From assembly GCA_905178155.1 (NCBI GenBank), contig CAJINV010000012.1, positions 3,157,144-3,221,143 of the forward strand: 64,000 bases of DNA. The letters run 5' to 3'. Of the stretch, positions 61,001 through 64,000 are shown piece after piece (position 1 is the stretch's first letter; the number at the start of each line of letters is the position of its first letter). Below the pieces are notes generated by a model, which saw only the letters and a list, made by a program, of their open reading frames with translations, searched no databases and was not told the DNA's origin. Made by a program: the position numbers and the translations under genes. Source of the DNA: Amoebophrya sp. A120 (taxonomy: Eukaryota > Protista > Dinoflagellata).

Positions 61001-64000
61001 ATTACGAGATGTTGAGGCACAGCAACATAATGAAGCCCTCCGGCTCCGGCGTGGTGAAAATGAGATTATCAAAGACAGGATGAAAAGCAAACTGGGCGAA
61101 TTTCTCCACAAAGCTGCCTACGCCGTGCACCATCTCGAAGCGGAGCCGGCGGAGAGTGGAAAAAGTTTATCTACTCACCAGTTGGGGCCAGTGGGAGGCC
61201 GCCGTGAAGGTGGCCGCGGCGCGCCTTTTCCTCCGAGAGGGGGGTCGGTAGACCTTTTACACCGTCAAACAGCGAGCGGGAATGGAGCAGGGGAAGAAAT
61301 ACTACACCAGGGATTTAGAAGTAGTAGTTCAAATACCACCCTAGTAAAAATTCCAACTACCGGGGACGAGAATCATGAAGATCTCATGCATGGAGCCAGA
61401 CTCGGCGACAGGAGCAGGAGTGAAGATCAGGCAGATTCGTTGTTGCACGCTGCGCTGTTTGGAAGTTCGAGTTCTAGAGCGAGGGGCGGCAGCAAAGACG
61501 GAGTTGCGGAGATACGCCAGATGAAGATCTTCGTCCAGACCGTTCAACGACACTTGGCGCTAGCCAGTACTGGTATCCCTTTTCACGACGGCACTGCTGC
61601 AACTGTTGAAAAAACCAGAAAACAGCACGAGGTGGACGATAAAAATTTACACCGCATATCCTGAGTAAAAACGTCCTCACCCCAGAGTTGTCATGCAGAT
61701 TTTCATTCACAGGAAGATTTGTAATGCGCATCCCCATGAGAGGCATTTCCAATCGTGTTTTGGACTTTGTATGTAATGCTCGAAACAGGATGAGCAGATG
61801 GATTTCTGTTGCGGCTGTACTTGCTAAACTGCACTACAATACAGAGACGAACTTGTCACGCTTGACTCCCAACACTTCTCGACTTGTGTTGCGAGATCCC
61901 CATCTTGACTCTGGGGTGGGGACGTTTTTACATAGGATGCCGCACGGTTGATGTTCAACACCCTACTTCGTGTTCGACGTTGCCGACCTTTTTTCACGAA
62001 GACTACTTCCTGCACATTGTGTACAAAACGGGGTTCGCGGACTACCGGAAACAATTCCTAAACCTCCCGAACACGACCGCCGAGACCACAAGAACTGGGA
62101 TTGATGTTCCAGCGTTTTCTACTGTGAAGAACAAGACGAAAAGCTTCACCCTGCCTCTCCACGGTATCCTGAGCAAAAACGTCTCCACACCAGAGTCAAG
62201 ATGGGCAATCTGCTAGAGAAATCAACCAGCCTTGGTTGTTTGGCATGACAAGTTTGTCTTCGTAGTGTAGTTCTGTTTAGCTAGTTCAGAAGCATCATAG
62301 ATCTAGCATAGCGCGCTGATTCTAGCGTCGCAAATTCCAAAACACCAATAGAAAGCGCTTCTCATAGGGCTCCGCATGAGAAACTTTTTTGGCATGCAGG
62401 AGAATTGCGTGACAACTCTGGGGAGGGGATGTTTTTACACGGGATACACGGAGTTGAAGAGTTGCCCTGGTTCTCGCGCCACTTCACGCTCTGGGAGTGT
62501 ATCTTTGCCATGCTGAATCACACGACCTCCGGGGAACAAGAAGGAGATCTACGTCATCAAGAGCAGGGGATGCAAAGTCAAAGTCGTGTTTCCGTTTCGA
62601 AACGGATTGTAGTCATGGAAGAAGAAGAAGACGCGTGTTACGAACTTGACTTTGTTTTGCCTTTCCACGGTCGTCCGACAGCGTTGTCGTTTCGGCGGCA
62701 CCAACGAGCAGGAGGGGGAAGAACTGCGGGACCCCTTTCAGAAGACGCAACCCCGATCAGTCGTGAGAAAAATGCAAACCATGAGCACAAGTTCGGAACG
62801 GCCCGTCGGTGCTGTAAACCAAGGGCAAAAGGAGGCGAAGGTTCTACTAGTCGTGGTGTACTATTTTCCGCTACTGCCCACACAGAAGCCGGTTCATTTC
62901 CGAATTGGTACCCGGTGCTGCGGCCGTGTTCTGGGAGCACCGTAGCGGCGGTTGGGACAGTGCAGGCCATCGTTGATCGGTGGAAGGAAAGTTACAGCAG
63001 GATGGAACAACGCATGGCATTTTCAACTACATCAACTGCACAACAAAAAAATGACCCGCATCATCAAGATCAACTTCCTGTCCCCACACAAAAACTACGA
63101 GAACATCAAACACAAACAACAAAGTCAGGAGGACTTTTCTGGACGTTCGCGAATAAGAATGAGTCCTCGACTACTACTTCTTTCAATAAGGTGGACCAGC
63201 GAATGATGATACAACCTGCTCTACTCCCGCATGATTCCGGGTCAAGATTTTCACGAGGAACAACGAACATCAGCAACAAGGGGAATATTAAAAGTGGCTT
63301 GATGTCTACCACTAGAAGTACAACGACCATCAAGCAGCTCAAAATGACGCAGCTCCTCCTGCCCATCCTGAGTCCCGGTGTCATCCTGCTAGCCGTCGCT
63401 AGCCTCCTGTTCTGGCCGGTGTGGGTGGTGAAAAAGTGGTGCCCTGCAACTTCATCTACAACATTCGGTAGTACAGTCGCCGCCTGGGACAGCACCAGCT
63501 ATAATTTGGCGGGTCTGAGCAACTATGCTGGGCGAGAAGACGAGGCGATTCTGCAGCAGATGAACCAGAAGCCGCTTGTTTCAACTTCGCAAGCGGACGC
63601 GGACGACATTGCCAGCTCCGTCGCTTTGGAGATCGAAATGGACGAGAGTAGATCCTTTTTACATCATTCGGAGGGAAGGTGGAGTAGTGTCAGAGACGAG
63701 CATAAAGTTGTAGATCCTCTCCGTCCTGACGCCGCTCGCACCACAGCAGCTTCCGGTAGTAGTTTCAACGCTGATGCAACGCTGAAGCTCCAGAGCGACA
63801 AAGCGCCCCGGAAGATACCACAGCCGGCGGGGGGCGGTGGTACTAGCAAGGACCAGCATGATGCACCAGCAGCTACTCCTGCTAGTACGTCGTGGGAGGA
63901 CAACAAAACTCGAAGAATCATCTCGTCCACGGGCGGAGCTACTCGGGTACTACGACCCAGCACGGGTCGGCAGCGTTCTGGTTCGTCTACTGTGCCTGCG
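58084..64000 (+). CDS. Large membrane protein, 3'-partial, possibly a highly diverged GT2-like glycosyltransferase; 4 TIR elements
   Basis: N-terminal hydrophobic helices; FVVLPVFIDE...LHQTLTSLAASS...VPVLAVRER and QADSLLH loosely recall GT2-like motifs (recollection only); frame stays open to window end. Confidence 0.55.
60204..60544. mobile_element. Introner-like element family B
   Basis: TIRs; DR GAGTT. Confidence 0.88.
60596..60753. mobile_element. Introner-like element, family E-like
   Basis: GCAAAAGTG / CACTTTTGC TIR; DR CTTCC displaced 3 nt on the right. Confidence 0.78.
61657..61939. mobile_element. Introner-like element family C, ATG right end
   Basis: TIRs; DR CCGCA. Confidence 0.9.
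62165..62446. mobile_element. Introner-like element family C, opposite orientation to 61657-61939
   Basis: TIRs; DR CACGG. Confidence 0.9.

Noticed and set aside
344-62446. CRISPR-like array of recurring 30-bp repeats
   Set aside because: Repeats are inverted pairs dispersed through eukaryotic exons, with no regular repeat-spacer period and no cas genes

Overview
Eukaryotic, gene-dense window with about 13 genes, all well-supported ones on the + strand. The genes are chopped up by about 71 complete short (140-700 bp) non-coding inserts, counted by eye and covering roughly 30% of the window. Nearly all inserts start with TAT and end with ATA, carry family-specific terminal inverted repeats (at least 7 families plus singletons) and are flanked by a 5-bp direct repeat (43 perfect, most others with 1 mismatch). 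Removing each insert plus one repeat copy restores open reading frames, including RBM42, a 2-methylcitrate dehydratase (PrpD, about 580 aa after removing 11 inserts and 3 GT-AG introns), an extended-SDR epimerase/reductase and a SAM methyltransferase. The inserts therefore behave as MITE-like non-canonical introns (introners). This matches what is known for the parasitic dinoflagellate Amoebophrya; the taxon is my inference. Less expected: all families share an internal GCATNACA octamer that also occurs in GT-AG introns, inserts work in either orientation, repeat mismatches suggest an N-T-A-T donor drifting toward GT, and a tandem pair of secreted precursors carries unrelated Cys-rich payloads. 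All coordinates and gene models were read manually with no database searches.
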